Shown: positions 51,691 to 61,197 of the stretch, one piece after another | Layout: every line of letters starts with the position of its first letter | How positions within the stretch are numbered: the first letter of the stretch is position 1 | Source of the DNA: Candidatus Sumerlaeaceae bacterium | GTDB taxonomy: Bacteria; Sumerlaeota; Sumerlaeia; Sumerlaeales; Sumerlaeaceae | DNA length: 64,000 bases | Reading direction: 5' to 3' | Assembly (NCBI GenBank): GCA_026418615.1 | Contig: JAOAAY010000010.1 | Location: 20,600-84,599, forward strand | The notes under the pieces: model-generated | What the model was told of the DNA's origin: nothing | Seen by the model: only the letters and a program-made list of their open reading frames with translations | The model's database searches: none | Program-made: the position numbers and the translations under genes

Positions 51691-53196
51691 GTGGGAAGGC
51701 GGATAACAATGATGACGCGAAACATCAAATGTCTCGGGCAACACTTGCGTTTGGGGGCTGTTCTGCTGGCGGTCCTGTGGGCATCGAATCTGTTTCCTCA
51801 AACCACTCCAACCGTGTCGGAAACCACGGCGGCGACAGACCGGCGGGCCGGCCGCGCAACCGTCCTCGTTGCACGCCTCGACGATCAGTCAATCAACCCG
51901 GTTACCACAAAGTTTATTGTGGACTGCATAACCCGCGCAGAAGCCGAGGGCCTGCCATTGGTGATCGAAATGGACACCCCCGGCGGACTCCTTCAGTCCA
52001 CCCGCGAACTGGTCAAAGCCATTCTTGGCAGCCGCGTGCCGGTGATCACCTATGTCTATCCCAACGGCTCGCGCGCCGCCAGCGCGGGCGTGTTCATCGC
52101 CATGGCGAGCCACATTGCAGCGATGGCTCCGGGGACTAACATCGGGGCTGCGCACCCTGTGGGAATTGGCGGCGGATGGCCGCGCCGCGACTCGAGGAAT
52201 GACACCACGGCGCCGCTCGGCCTGCCCGGCACCGACAATCCGCTTTTGCCGAAGCCAGCCGAGGGTATCCCAGACGCTCAGGATGTCATGAGCGAGAAGG
52301 TCATGAATGACACGCTGGCATGGATCGAATCCATTGCCCGGCTGCGCGGACGCAATGTCGAGTGGGCGCGAAAGGCCGTTGAGCGCAGCGAATCCATCGT
52401 CGCCGAGGACGCCGCGCGCCTGAATGTCGTCGATCTCGTTGCAAAGGATTTGCCGGAACTGCTCGAGAAGATTGACGGCCGCAAGGTCGCCGTTGAGAAC
52501 GGCGAGTTCGTTCTCGCCACCGCGGGAGCGTCACCCACTTATCTGGAACTCAACGCCCGTCAGCGCATCCTGAATGTTCTCGCAAACCCCAATATTGCCT
52601 ATATTCTCCTCCTCATCGGACTTGCCGGTTTGCTTTACGAAATCACCCATCCCGGATTGCTCATTCCCGGCACGATCGGGGTCATCAGTCTCCTGTTGGC
52701 CGCCCTCGCTCTTCAGATGCTTCCCACCAACTACGCCGCCATCCTGCTGATCATTGCCGGGGTGGGACTGATTATCGCCGAGATTAAGATAACCAGTTAC
52801 GGTCTTCTGACCCTTGCCGGAGCCACCTGCCTGCTTTTCGGGTCGTTGGCGCTCATCGAGACGCAGGAGGGCTTCATGGGCGTCTCATTTGGCGTTGTGT
52901 TGCCGGCGGTTGGCACACTTGTGGGCTTGCTGGTGCTGCTGGTGTACCTCGTGGTGCGCGTCCACACGCGGCAGGTAACCGTGGGCGAGGAGAGTTTTGC
53001 CGGGCAGGAGGGCGAGGCCCTGACCGATCTCGCTCCTTCCGGAAAAGTCTTTTTCAACGGCACCTACTGGGATGCCACGGCCGCCAGCGGTTCCATCTCC
53101 AAGGGTCAGCGCGTAACCATCGTGAGGACTGACCACATGCGTCTGATTGTGGAGCCTTGGCACCCACTTGAGCGCCCTCAAGCCTCGCCGAGATAA
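51691..53196 (+). CDS. NfeD-family membrane-bound ClpP-class serine protease with a C-terminal OB-fold
   Basis: ClpP-like core LPLVIEMDTPGGLLQSTRELVKAI...SAGVFIAMASHIAAMAPGTNIGAAHPV, central TM helices, and a C-terminal NfeD beta-barrel. Confidence 0.75.
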   Translation: MGRRITMMTRNIKCLGQHLRLGAVLLAVLWASNLFPQTTPTVSETTAATDRRAGRATVLVARLDDQSINPVTTKFIVDCITRAEAEGLPLVIEMDTPGGLLQSTRELVKAILGSRVPVITYVYPNGSRAASAGVFIAMASHIAAMAPGTNIGAAHPVGIGGGWPRRDSRNDTTAPLGLPGTDNPLLPKPAEGIPDAQDVMSEKVMNDTLAWIESIARLRGRNVEWARKAVERSESIVAEDAARLNVVDLVAKDLPELLEKIDGRKVAVENGEFVLATAGASPTYLELNARQRILNVLANPNIAYILLLIGLAGLLYEITHPGLLIPGTIGVISLLLAALALQMLPTNYAAILLIIAGVGLIIAEIKITSYGLLTLAGATCLLFGSLALIETQEGFMGVSFGVVLPAVGTLVGLLVLLVYLVVRVHTRQVTVGEESFAGQEGEALTDLAPSGKVFFNGTYWDATAASGSISKGQRVTIVRTDHMRLIVEPWHPLERPQASPR

Positions 53197-53903
53197 AGCC
53201 TCTTCACCATTTCGTTGCCCAGCAATTCGCTGCCGCTGCCGCTCAGGGTGATTTCGCCGGTGGCGATGACATAGCCCCTGTGTGCCAGTTGGAGGGCCAT
53301 GTGGGCATTCTGTTCCACCAGCAGCACGGTGGTGCCTTCGTCGTTGATCGCCCGGATGATACCAAAAATCTGCTCCACAAGTTTGGGGGCGAGGCCCAAC
53401 GAGGGCTCGTCAAACATCATGATGCGCGGACGCGCCATCAGGCCGCGTGCGATGGCGCACATCTGCTGTTCGCCGCCAGAAAGCGCTCCCGCCGGCGCGT
53501 GTCGCCGCTCGCCGAGGATGGGAAACAGGTTGTACATTTTTTCCATGTCTGCCCGGATGCCCGCCCGATCGCGCCGCAGATGGGCGCCCATTTCGAGGTT
53601 CTCGGCCACGGTCATGTCTGGAAACAATTTGCGCCCCTCCGGCACATGAACCACCCCGCGGCTGGCGATTTCGTGAGGCTGCAGGCGCGTGATGTCATGG
53701 CCGTCCATCGTCACAGTTCCGCGCCGGGGCGGCACCACGCCGCAAATGGCGTTCAGCACCGTGGTCTTGCCAGCACCGTTCGAACCGATGAGCGTCACGA
53801 TTTCGCCCGCGCAAACCTCAAACGAGATCCCTTTCAGGATGCGCAGCGAGCCGTAACCTGCCTCGACCGCATCAAGTCGTAGGAGCACCGGCGGATTGGT
53901 CAT
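53178..53903 (-). CDS. livF: Branched-chain amino acid (Liv/HAAT-type) ABC transporter ATP-binding protein LivF-like
   Basis: Walker A GSNGAGKTT, signature LSGGEQQM, Walker B MMFDEPS. Confidence 0.8.
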   Translation of the reverse strand: MTNPPVLLRLDAVEAGYGSLRILKGISFEVCAGEIVTLIGSNGAGKTTVLNAICGVVPPRRGTVTMDGHDITRLQPHEIASRGVVHVPEGRKLFPDMTVAENLEMGAHLRRDRAGIRADMEKMYNLFPILGERRHAPAGALSGGEQQMCAIARGLMARPRIMMFDEPSLGLAPKLVEQIFGIIRAINDEGTTVLLVEQNAHMALQLAHRGYVIATGEITLSGSGSELLGNEMVKRLYLGEA

Positions 53904-54727
53904 CAGTGGGCACTCCCGAGGTAGGCCTCGATCACGCGCGGGTTGCTGCGCACCTCAGCAGGCGTCCCTTCGGCAATGATTTCCCCGTGGTCCAGGACAT
54001 AGATGTAATCGGAGATGTTCATCACAACCCGCATGTCATGTTCGATCAGGAAAACCGTCACCCCGCTTTCGAGGATTTTTCTGATTAGGTCGAGCAGATC
54101 ACGCGACTCGGCGGGATTCATGCCCGCTGCAGGCTCGTCAAGAAGCAGCAAACGGGGTCCTGTGGCCAGCGCCCGGGCGATTTCCAGGCGCCGCTGGTAT
54201 CCGTAGGGCAGGCTGCCGGCCACATCGCCATCGCGCCCTTCCAAACCGCAGAATTCCAGATACCGCATGGCCGAGCGCGTGATGGTCGCTTCCTCGCGAG
54301 TCACCCACGGCGGGCGCAGAATGGCGCCAAACATGCCGGCCCGCGTTCGCGGATGCAATCCAACTTTTACATTGTCCAAAACGGTCAGGTTGGAGAACAA
54401 GCGGATGTTTTGAAAGGTGCGCGCTATGCCGAGGCGCGTGATCCGGTCCGGTCGCAGTTGCTCGATCCGCCTCAGGCCTTGTGCCGTTCTGACAAGAATC
54501 TGGCCGCTGGTGGCCGGGATACATCCGGTGATGGCGTTGAACAGTGTCGTTTTGCCCGCGCCGTTCGGACCAATGAGACTTGTGACCTTACCGGGCATCA
54601 GTTTCAGGTTGGCCTCGCGTACCGCCGTGACGCCGCCAAAGCGTTTAGTGACGGAACAAACCTCGAGCAAGGCCTCGGCGTTCGCGGCTTGCCCGGTGTG
54701 AAGGTCGCTTGTGCTGGTCATGCTCAA
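53903..54727 (-). CDS. livG: Liv/HAAT-type ABC transporter ATP-binding protein LivG-like
   Basis: Walker A GPNGAGKTT, signature LPYGYQRRLEIARAL, Walker B LLLDEPAAG. Stop overlaps the livF start. Confidence 0.8.
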   Translation of the reverse strand: MSMTSTSDLHTGQAANAEALLEVCSVTKRFGGVTAVREANLKLMPGKVTSLIGPNGAGKTTLFNAITGCIPATSGQILVRTAQGLRRIEQLRPDRITRLGIARTFQNIRLFSNLTVLDNVKVGLHPRTRAGMFGAILRPPWVTREEATITRSAMRYLEFCGLEGRDGDVAGSLPYGYQRRLEIARALATGPRLLLLDEPAAGMNPAESRDLLDLIRKILESGVTVFLIEHDMRVVMNISDYIYVLDHGEIIAEGTPAEVRSNPRVIEAYLGSAH

Positions 54728-54842
54728 TCCGCGTTGCCCTGTTTCGCGTTCTCTGCCCGACAGTCATTTCATCCCGCGCCGGCACGGGAACTCGGCGGCA
54801 AAACAAACCCTAAACGCAAAGCGAAATCGCAGCACGCAGACG

Positions 54843-55997
54843 CTACTCGCGGGCCTCGGTCACGGGATATTGCACGCGCAGCGTCCGCCCCGCCCGGTCC
54901 ACCGTCAGTTCCACGATGGTTCCTACCTGCCGGGCCCAGATGCTTCGGACATCATCCGCTCCCTTCACGGGCTTACCGTCCATGGCCGTGATTATATCGC
55001 CCACGCGCAGACCTGCCCTCATGCCGGGGCCGCCCCGGATGATCTCCGAGATAATGGCACCCTCCGTCGCCCGCGCTCCGACCATCCGAGCCAGTCGCTC
55101 GTTGGCATTGAGCACGCGGAAATCCGTCAACCGCGGCCGTACCCGCCCATACATCAGGATTTCTTCCACCACGGCCCGGATACGGTTAACCGGTATGGCA
55201 AAGCCCAAACCAATGGATCCTCCGGATCTCGACACAATGAAGGTGTTCATGCCAATCAGTTCGCCGGCGGCATTGATGAGCGCACCGCCGCTGTTGCCGG
55301 GGTTGATGGCGGCGTCCGTTTGGATGACATCCTCGTACACGCGCCCCTGAGGCCCGGCGGACCTAAACGACCGTTTCGTGGCGCTGATGACGCCGACGGT
55401 CACGGTCGGTTTGGGATCGCCGATCAGGTTGCCAAAAGGGTTGCCCATGGCGATCACCCACTCGCCCACCATGAGATCGTCGCTGTCGCCCAATTTGACG
55501 GACTTTAGTCCTTTTTCGTTCACCTCCAACAGAGCCACATCAAGCACCGGATCGGCGCCGAGCACCTTGGCGCTCAGTTCGCGCCCGTCCGGAAGTGTCA
55601 CAAACACATCCGTCGCACCCTCGATCACATGCTGGTTCGTAACGATCAAACCGTTGGGATCAATGACCACGCCTGAACCAAGATAAGGAATCCTCTCCTG
55701 ATAGGGGAAAACCATGAAATCCGAGAAGAAGTCAAAGAATGGGCTTACCACATAGCCACTCTTCGACGCCCCGACACTGACGATGGCTGGTGACAATCTC
55801 TCCGCGACTTCCACGATCTCCGTGCGCCGTTGAGCCGCCTTCGAAGGCAGACGACCCTCGGCGGCCGTTGCGGAAGAGACCAAGGAGAAGGCTGAGGATT
55901 GGAAGTTGGCTCCCGCGTACCACCCGCTGCCAAGAAGGGCCGCTGCTGCCGCAATCAAGAGTCCACGCCGCCATGCCGCACTCTGTTCGTTTCGCAT
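54843..55997 (-). CDS. HtrA/DegP-family periplasmic serine protease with PDZ domain
   Basis: Catalytic GNSGGAL, His region TNQHVIEGA, C-terminal PDZ. Confidence 0.85.
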   Translation of the reverse strand: MRNEQSAAWRRGLLIAAAAALLGSGWYAGANFQSSAFSLVSSATAAEGRLPSKAAQRRTEIVEVAERLSPAIVSVGASKSGYVVSPFFDFFSDFMVFPYQERIPYLGSGVVIDPNGLIVTNQHVIEGATDVFVTLPDGRELSAKVLGADPVLDVALLEVNEKGLKSVKLGDSDDLMVGEWVIAMGNPFGNLIGDPKPTVTVGVISATKRSFRSAGPQGRVYEDVIQTDAAINPGNSGGALINAAGELIGMNTFIVSRSGGSIGLGFAIPVNRIRAVVEEILMYGRVRPRLTDFRVLNANERLARMVGARATEGAIISEIIRGGPGMRAGLRVGDIITAMDGKPVKGADDVRSIWARQVGTIVELTVDRAGRTLRVQYPVTEARE

Positions 55998-56289
55998 TTT
56001 GCGTCACCCTCCTTCGAGACTTTGTTTGCCATCTCATGTCGGCCATATGCTCTCCGGAAGCAATTTTCTTGCCGATCCGGCGGCTGGCAAACAGCCTCCT
56101 TACCCGCGTCGCAGGCCCTTGCTGCCGGACGAAGCGTCGCTGACGCCCGTGACCGATTGGGGGCGGCCGACCCGGCTTGTTCCGGCTAGCGGAGATTGAA
56201 CCTGCAGGACACCCGCCTTCATGCTTGACCCGATGCTCGTGGGGCGCGGGAATTGGCGCGAAAACCATTTTGCCACCAAGAGGTTTGTC

Positions 56290-57321
56290 ATGGCACGACT
56301 CAAGGCCGCCGTCCTCGGCACAGGCTCCATCGGCGACATTCATCTCGCCGGCTATGCTGCGTCCCCCGATGTGGAAATTGCGGCCTTGTGCGATGTCAAC
56401 GCCGCCCGACTGGCAGAAATGGGGCGCAAATATGGGGTGGAACCCTCGCATCTCTACAACAATTACCGCGACCTTCTCAAGCATGAGACCCTGGATCTCG
56501 TGTCGGTCTGTACGCCCAATGTTTTTCATTTCGAAATGGCATCAGCGGCCATCAAGAAGGGCATCCCGACGCTCATCGAAAAGCCAATGACCATCTCGCT
56601 CGACGACGCCCGACGGCTGCGCGCACTCGCCGGCCGCACCGGCATCAAGACGATGGTGGCCTTTTCCAACCGTTTTGCGGGACCCAACTACACGGCCAAA
56701 CGGCTGCTCGACCGGGGCGCCATCGGCAAACCGTTTATGATCCGCGTCCGGTACGCCCACGGCGGCCCCTACCCCGGCTGGGGCCAAAGCGATTGGTTTT
56801 ACAAACCCGCCCTTGCGGGGGGCGGCGCGTTGCTCGACATGGGAATTCATGCGATTGATATGTGCCAGTTCCTCATCGGGCCCATTCGCAAAGTGTCGGC
56901 GTTCGTGCGTACCCTGCGAAAACCCATCAAGGTGGACGACAACGCCGTCGTAACCGTGGACTTTGGCCCCAAGATCAAATGTCTCGGCTACATCGAGTGC
57001 GGCTGGACCAGCGGGCCCGGCTTCGGCGGCGTGGAAATTTACGGCGACAAAGGCACGCTCATCCTCGATGTCAATCGTGGCCCCGTGCACCTGCACGGCA
57101 CAACCAAGCCCGACGGGACGCGTGTGGTCGAATGCGATCCGATCGAGGTTCCGCCGGGACCTTCGCACTGGCCGCTTCAGATGGAATCCTGGATTCGCTA
57201 TGTGCAGGGGAAGAAAACAGTGATTCCGGTCCCCACAGTGGAAGACGGCTACACGAGCCTCGCCGCGGCGCTCGCCGCGGTGGAGTCTAGCAAGACCGGC
57301 CGTCAGATCACGCTGAGGTAG
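56290..57321 (+). CDS. Gfo/Idh/MocA-family NAD(P)-dependent oxidoreductase
   Basis: AAVLGTGSIGDIHLAGY Rossmann N-terminus. C-terminal GFOR alpha/beta domain. Confidence 0.75.
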   Translation: MARLKAAVLGTGSIGDIHLAGYAASPDVEIAALCDVNAARLAEMGRKYGVEPSHLYNNYRDLLKHETLDLVSVCTPNVFHFEMASAAIKKGIPTLIEKPMTISLDDARRLRALAGRTGIKTMVAFSNRFAGPNYTAKRLLDRGAIGKPFMIRVRYAHGGPYPGWGQSDWFYKPALAGGGALLDMGIHAIDMCQFLIGPIRKVSAFVRTLRKPIKVDDNAVVTVDFGPKIKCLGYIECGWTSGPGFGGVEIYGDKGTLILDVNRGPVHLHGTTKPDGTRVVECDPIEVPPGPSHWPLQMESWIRYVQGKKTVIPVPTVEDGYTSLAAALAAVESSKTGRQITLR

Positions 57322-57423
57322 GCGCCGGCAAAGGCGAGGCGGCTCCTCTCGCAACCGACGATGGCGCCGGAAAAATCCTCCGCGCCGGCGAATCACCGAA
57401 ACCGCGTTTCGCCGGGCTGGAGA

Positions 57424-58191
57424 CTAATTGCCAGTCGTGGGCCGATCCGCCCGTGCCGTCGGCGGCGGGGCGGACTCGCCATCGGGCGCCGACAGGGCCG
57501 ACGCATTCACATCAATAACCTTGACGCCCGGCGGCGGTTCAAACTGAAAATCCTTGGCCGTCACCGCCGGGTTGACGGTCACCTTCCGATAAATGGTCGT
57601 GGCCGTTGTCTCGCCCGTGCCCTCGATCGTTTTGCGAGGCAAACCGTCGCGCGTGGAAATCCACGCCTCCATGTTCCGTGTCACGGCGGTGCCGCCAGCC
57701 AGCAGTCGCGTGGTGGTCGTGCCCTCAAACTTTGCAACCGGTTCTCCCTCGAACTCGCCCTCACCCAGCAGACGCAGCGACGCCGGATCCAGCAGCGAAA
57801 GCGGGTTCAGTTCGTCGGCAGGCCGGCGGAACAGACGCTTCATTTCGGGCCCCGTGGCTGTGGCCTTGAAAACGGTCTTGTCCCACGGGTAATAATCATA
57901 GGAAACATTAAAGTCATTGACAACTATATGCTCGGCGCCCTGCGAGCCGCCCTCAAGACGCCAGCCATGGTCCCGCGACACCAGAAGCGATGATGTGGCG
58001 ACCGACTCGTCAAAACCGCGGTCTTCGCGGATTTCAAGTTGAGCAGAAAAAGACTTGACTTTTTTGTTGAGTTCCAGCAATGCTTCGGCACGGTTTGCGG
58101 CTTCATTGGCCCGGACAGTTCCCGCGGCTGCACACACCACGGCGGCAGCCGCAGCAACCACGCGGACAACACCCCACCAAGGTCTCACCAT
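57424..58191 (-). CDS. Secreted LolA-like / lipoprotein-sorting-fold protein (tentative)
   Basis: Signal peptide. Mostly beta-strand composition. The antisense ORF 57361..57993 is an R-rich shadow. Confidence 0.4.
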   Translation of the reverse strand: MVRPWWGVVRVVAAAAAVVCAAAGTVRANEAANRAEALLELNKKVKSFSAQLEIREDRGFDESVATSSLLVSRDHGWRLEGGSQGAEHIVVNDFNVSYDYYPWDKTVFKATATGPEMKRLFRRPADELNPLSLLDPASLRLLGEGEFEGEPVAKFEGTTTTRLLAGGTAVTRNMEAWISTRDGLPRKTIEGTGETTATTIYRKVTVNPAVTAKDFQFEPPPGVKVIDVNASALSAPDGESAPPPTARADRPTTGN

Positions 58192-58279
58192 CAGGTTCTC
58201 CTTTAATCGGTCACCGACAAGTCACGGGCTGCGTCCGGACCGTTGTCAAGGCGCGGCTTGACGCGCGCGAGGAATATAG

Positions 58280-58357
58280 TGGTGGGCCTAGGTAGAGTCG
58301 AACTACCGACCTCGCCCTTATCAGGGGCGCGCTCTAACCAACCTGAGCTATAGGCCC
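58280..58357 (-). tRNA. tRNA-Ile (anticodon GAT), CCA-encoded
   Basis: The reverse complement reads GGGCCTATAGCTCAGGTTGGTTAGAGCGCGCCCCTGATAAGGGCGAGGTCGGTAGTTCGACTCTACCTAGGCCCACCA. Near-identical to canonical bacterial tRNA-Ile(GAU). Confidence 0.85.
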
Positions 58358-58443
58358 AACGAGCCGAAAACATGACGGCTGCCCGGTTCGGATACACACG
58401 CGCAAACGATTCATTCCCGCGCCGCGCACGCTTCTGCGGCTCA

Positions 58444-58857
58444 TTATTGCCCCTGACCGGCCGCCGGCGGAATCTCTCCCGGTTTCAGCCCCTCGGGGTG
58501 GCGCGTGCAACTGATCGTTCCATCGGCCTGAAATGCGTAGACGCCACCTTGCGGGCAAGTGGGCACATTGACGCCAACCGCCTTAAGGTTTGACGATGTC
58601 ACCGCCTTCCCCGGGTTCGATAGCCGGAACATTTCGATCTGCGTGCGCAGGGTTGCACGGTTGGCTTTGCAGACGGCATCATCGGTCCGCGACATCGTCT
58701 GCTGATAGGTGCTCCGTCCCGCCGGGCCCCGGTCGCGGGCAAAATATCCGCCTGCTAAAATGGCGATCACAATGATTACCAGCAGCAACTCGAGCAGCAT
58801 AAAGCCCCAGTCGCGGCGCATAAGGTATCGGCGGCACTTGCTCATCGCAATTGACAA
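58444..58857 (-). CDS. Prepilin-type N-terminal cleavage/methylation-domain protein (pilin/pseudopilin-like)
   Basis: RRDWGFMLLELLLVIIVIAILAGG hydrophobic N-terminal helix with E+5. C-terminal Cys pair (CPQGG...SC). Confidence 0.55.
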   Translation of the reverse strand: MSIAMSKCRRYLMRRDWGFMLLELLLVIIVIAILAGGYFARDRGPAGRSTYQQTMSRTDDAVCKANRATLRTQIEMFRLSNPGKAVTSSNLKAVGVNVPTCPQGGVYAFQADGTISCTRHPEGLKPGEIPPAAGQGQ

Positions 58858-59042
58858 TACCGTGGCGAGTATCCAATCATGCAGGTGATAAATGGCTCAA
58901 TTATAGGGCATGAGCATTAACCGTTACACGACTTGGCAAAATGTTTCATACTATCGTCACGCGTCTGCACGGATTAAGGGGGCGGTCGCTGTCGCGAGCG
59001 GTTGTCCCCGGAGCGCAAGGAGGTGGTTAAATTTCCATTGAA

Positions 59043-59072
59043 TTGACCCAATGGGGGTGAATGAACTATCTT
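59043..59072 (+). promoter_or_regulatory. Candidate sigma70-like promoter TTGACC-N18-TATCTT upstream of the GspG-like pseudopilin gene
   Basis: Read in the AT-rich divergent intergenic region. The weak -10 and long spacer lower my confidence. Confidence 0.25.
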
Positions 59073-59145
59073 TCGCAAGGCTTGCCGGATTGTTTTATTT
59101 TTTTCCTAAAGAGCCGATATGATTTTCATCAACAGGGAGACTTTT

Positions 59146-59793
59146 ATGAATTGTTCAACAAAGAGCGCCTTTAGAAGGCTCTCTCACAGCAGTCTTGGCT
59201 TTACACTTATCGAATTGTTGATCGTCGTCGCGATCATCGCCATCTTGGCGGCCATCGCCGTGCCGAACTTCTTGGAGGCCCAGACCCGCGCCAAAGTCTC
59301 GCGCGTGAAGGCCGACATGCGGAGCATGGCCACAGCCGTGGAATCGTACCTCGTCGACAACAACCGGTTGAACCGCACCTACCGCCCGTCGGCTGCTTGG
59401 ACGCGCACACGGGTCAACGCTCAGTTCACGACGCCCATTGCCTACATCACTTCCGTTTTTGAAGATCCGTTTAACAAAGTGGATGCGGATCCTCTCAACC
59501 GTGTGTTGATCATCTGGGGGAAGAATCCCAACTCGGATTCTGAAGGTGTGCTGGGACAATTGGATGCAGTGGCCTTGCCCACCCAGGCCATCTTCTTCCA
59601 GAATTTTCCGGAATTCTTCAGCCCCACACCTCCTCCCGGCAACTTTAAGGATGACGGTGCTTGGTTGCTCTTCAGCCTTGGGCCGGATCTGAAATATGAT
59701 GTTTTGGATCCGTCCTACCCGTCACCGTTTGTCACATACGATCCGACGAACGGCACCGTTAGCAAAGGCGATGTCATCCGCTTCAAGAGTTAA
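59146..59793 (+). CDS. Type II secretion GspG-like pseudopilin (prepilin-type N-terminal methylation domain), enlarged (~215 aa)
   Basis: GFTLIELLIVVAIIAILAAIAVPNFLEAQTRAKVSRVKADMRSMATAVESYLVDNN parallels the GspG N-terminus. Start taken at MNCSTKSAF. Confidence 0.7.
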   Translation: MNCSTKSAFRRLSHSSLGFTLIELLIVVAIIAILAAIAVPNFLEAQTRAKVSRVKADMRSMATAVESYLVDNNRLNRTYRPSAAWTRTRVNAQFTTPIAYITSVFEDPFNKVDADPLNRVLIIWGKNPNSDSEGVLGQLDAVALPTQAIFFQNFPEFFSPTPPPGNFKDDGAWLLFSLGPDLKYDVLDPSYPSPFVTYDPTNGTVSKGDVIRFKS

Positions 59794-59860
59794 CCCATCG
59801 TAACCATTGACTGGACGCCGGCGGTTTCCACAGGCCGCCGGCGTTTAATTTTGCAGACTC

Positions 59861-61150
59861 TTAGTTTTCGCTAACCAGCGCTGCCGGCGGCCGGCGTATG
59901 GTGCGCGCAATGACCGGAAGAGCGGCCAATTCGCAGATAACGACGGCTCCTCCGGTGCATGCGAGTGCCATCCAACCATTGAGCGCAAAAAGCCGATCGG
60001 GCAGAAAACTCATGGGCGGCAGGCGCATCAGGGTTGCGCTGTTGGCCCACTCGAGAAGCGGCCAACTGGCTGCGACCCCGAGAGCGGATCCAGCGACGGC
60101 GACCGTCGCTACCTCGAGGACAAACAGGGCAAACACCATGCCCCGGGTCGCGCCGACAGCCCGCAGCAGCCCCACTTCGCCCCGGCGCTCACGCATCACA
60201 AGGGAGAAGGTATTGTAGACGCTGATGGCCGCGATAAGTGCGACCGCCGCGCCGAACAGCGTCACGACACCTGCCGCAATGCGCCCCATGAACAGGAACT
60301 TGCCGATTGTCTCGCGGTTGCCCTCCACAGCGAAGCCCATCGCCGTAACGGCGCTTGTCACCTCGTCCACGCGCCGCAGGTCGCCTACCTTGATGTGCAC
60401 TGCTGTGTACGACGCGCCGCCTCGGCCGCAGTACCAACGGTTCAATGCCGCCGCATGCCCCACCGGAATCAGGATGCCGCTCATCAGCGACGGGTTACTT
60501 GTAAGCCCCACCACGCGACACTCCAGTACGGCCGAACGGGAATTTCCGTCGCCACCCAGCAGGTAGGTCTCCCCGATAATCATACGAAAACTTTTGCCGA
60601 TCACAAAGTCCTCATTGACCTTGGGAAGACCCAGCGAGTCCGCGTAGGCCAGGTTATACATGTCTAAGAAAAATTTGGGAACAATGACGGGGATGGGCTG
60701 GCTGGAGGCTTCGTCATACTCGAAACGGTGCGGTCCGCGCACATCGCCAGCCACCATGGCCGGGTCAATTCCCACGACAACGGCATCGCTCACGGCGCTC
60801 TGGCCGAGAATCTCGCCCTCGATGCGCAGAGGCATGCGGAGCGAGGTCTGTGGGGCGGCAAGGTCTACACCCGGCAGCGCCCGGATTCGCTCGACCGTTT
60901 TGTCGTCCACGCCGCGAGTCTGCAGTGCAACCATGGCCACATTGAGGGTTTTGGGCCGTGCCAACAAGACCCCGCGCGGAAAGGCCTCCTCGGCCTTGCG
61001 CAACGCCCCACCAATCACCCCGTGCCCAACGGAGACCATCACCATGACGATGGCGGCCGCTACGGCGATTACGGCTACCGCGGTGAGCGTGCGGCCTTTT
61101 TGCTCGCCCAAGTTGGCGCGCAAGAGATAGAGCATCTTCGAGCAAGTCAT
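59861..61150 (-). CDS. FtsX-family ABC transporter permease (MacB/LolCE-like; permease only)
   Basis: N-terminal TM, large periplasmic domain, and a C-terminal FtsX 3-TM bundle (VYNTFSLVMRERRGEVGLLRAVGAT). Confidence 0.75.
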   Translation of the reverse strand: MTCSKMLYLLRANLGEQKGRTLTAVAVIAVAAAIVMVMVSVGHGVIGGALRKAEEAFPRGVLLARPKTLNVAMVALQTRGVDDKTVERIRALPGVDLAAPQTSLRMPLRIEGEILGQSAVSDAVVVGIDPAMVAGDVRGPHRFEYDEASSQPIPVIVPKFFLDMYNLAYADSLGLPKVNEDFVIGKSFRMIIGETYLLGGDGNSRSAVLECRVVGLTSNPSLMSGILIPVGHAAALNRWYCGRGGASYTAVHIKVGDLRRVDEVTSAVTAMGFAVEGNRETIGKFLFMGRIAAGVVTLFGAAVALIAAISVYNTFSLVMRERRGEVGLLRAVGATRGMVFALFVLEVATVAVAGSALGVAASWPLLEWANSATLMRLPPMSFLPDRLFALNGWMALACTGGAVVICELAALPVIARTIRRPPAALVSEN

Positions 61151-61197
61151 GGTGTGCCGCGCCAGTAAGCCCGCCCCGCCCGCGCTTTCAAAGCATT

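Noticed and set aside
50406-52139. 577-aa plus-strand ORF spanning the GHL10-B gene antisense and the NfeD start
   Set aside because: Arg/Gly/His-rich shadow. It crosses a real intergenic region and overlaps two well-supported genes on different strands.
57361-57993. 210-aa plus-strand ORF antisense to the LolA-like gene
   Set aside because: R-rich (RRRRGG...) composition. The minus-strand ORF has a signal peptide and balanced composition.
58858-59145. Sigma-54 (-24 GG / -12 GC) promoter for the pilin genes
   Set aside because: Nearest candidate TTGGCAaaatgTTTCA lacks the -12 GC dinucleotide at correct spacing. Only a weak sigma70-like TTGACC-N18-TATCTT is reported, at low confidence.
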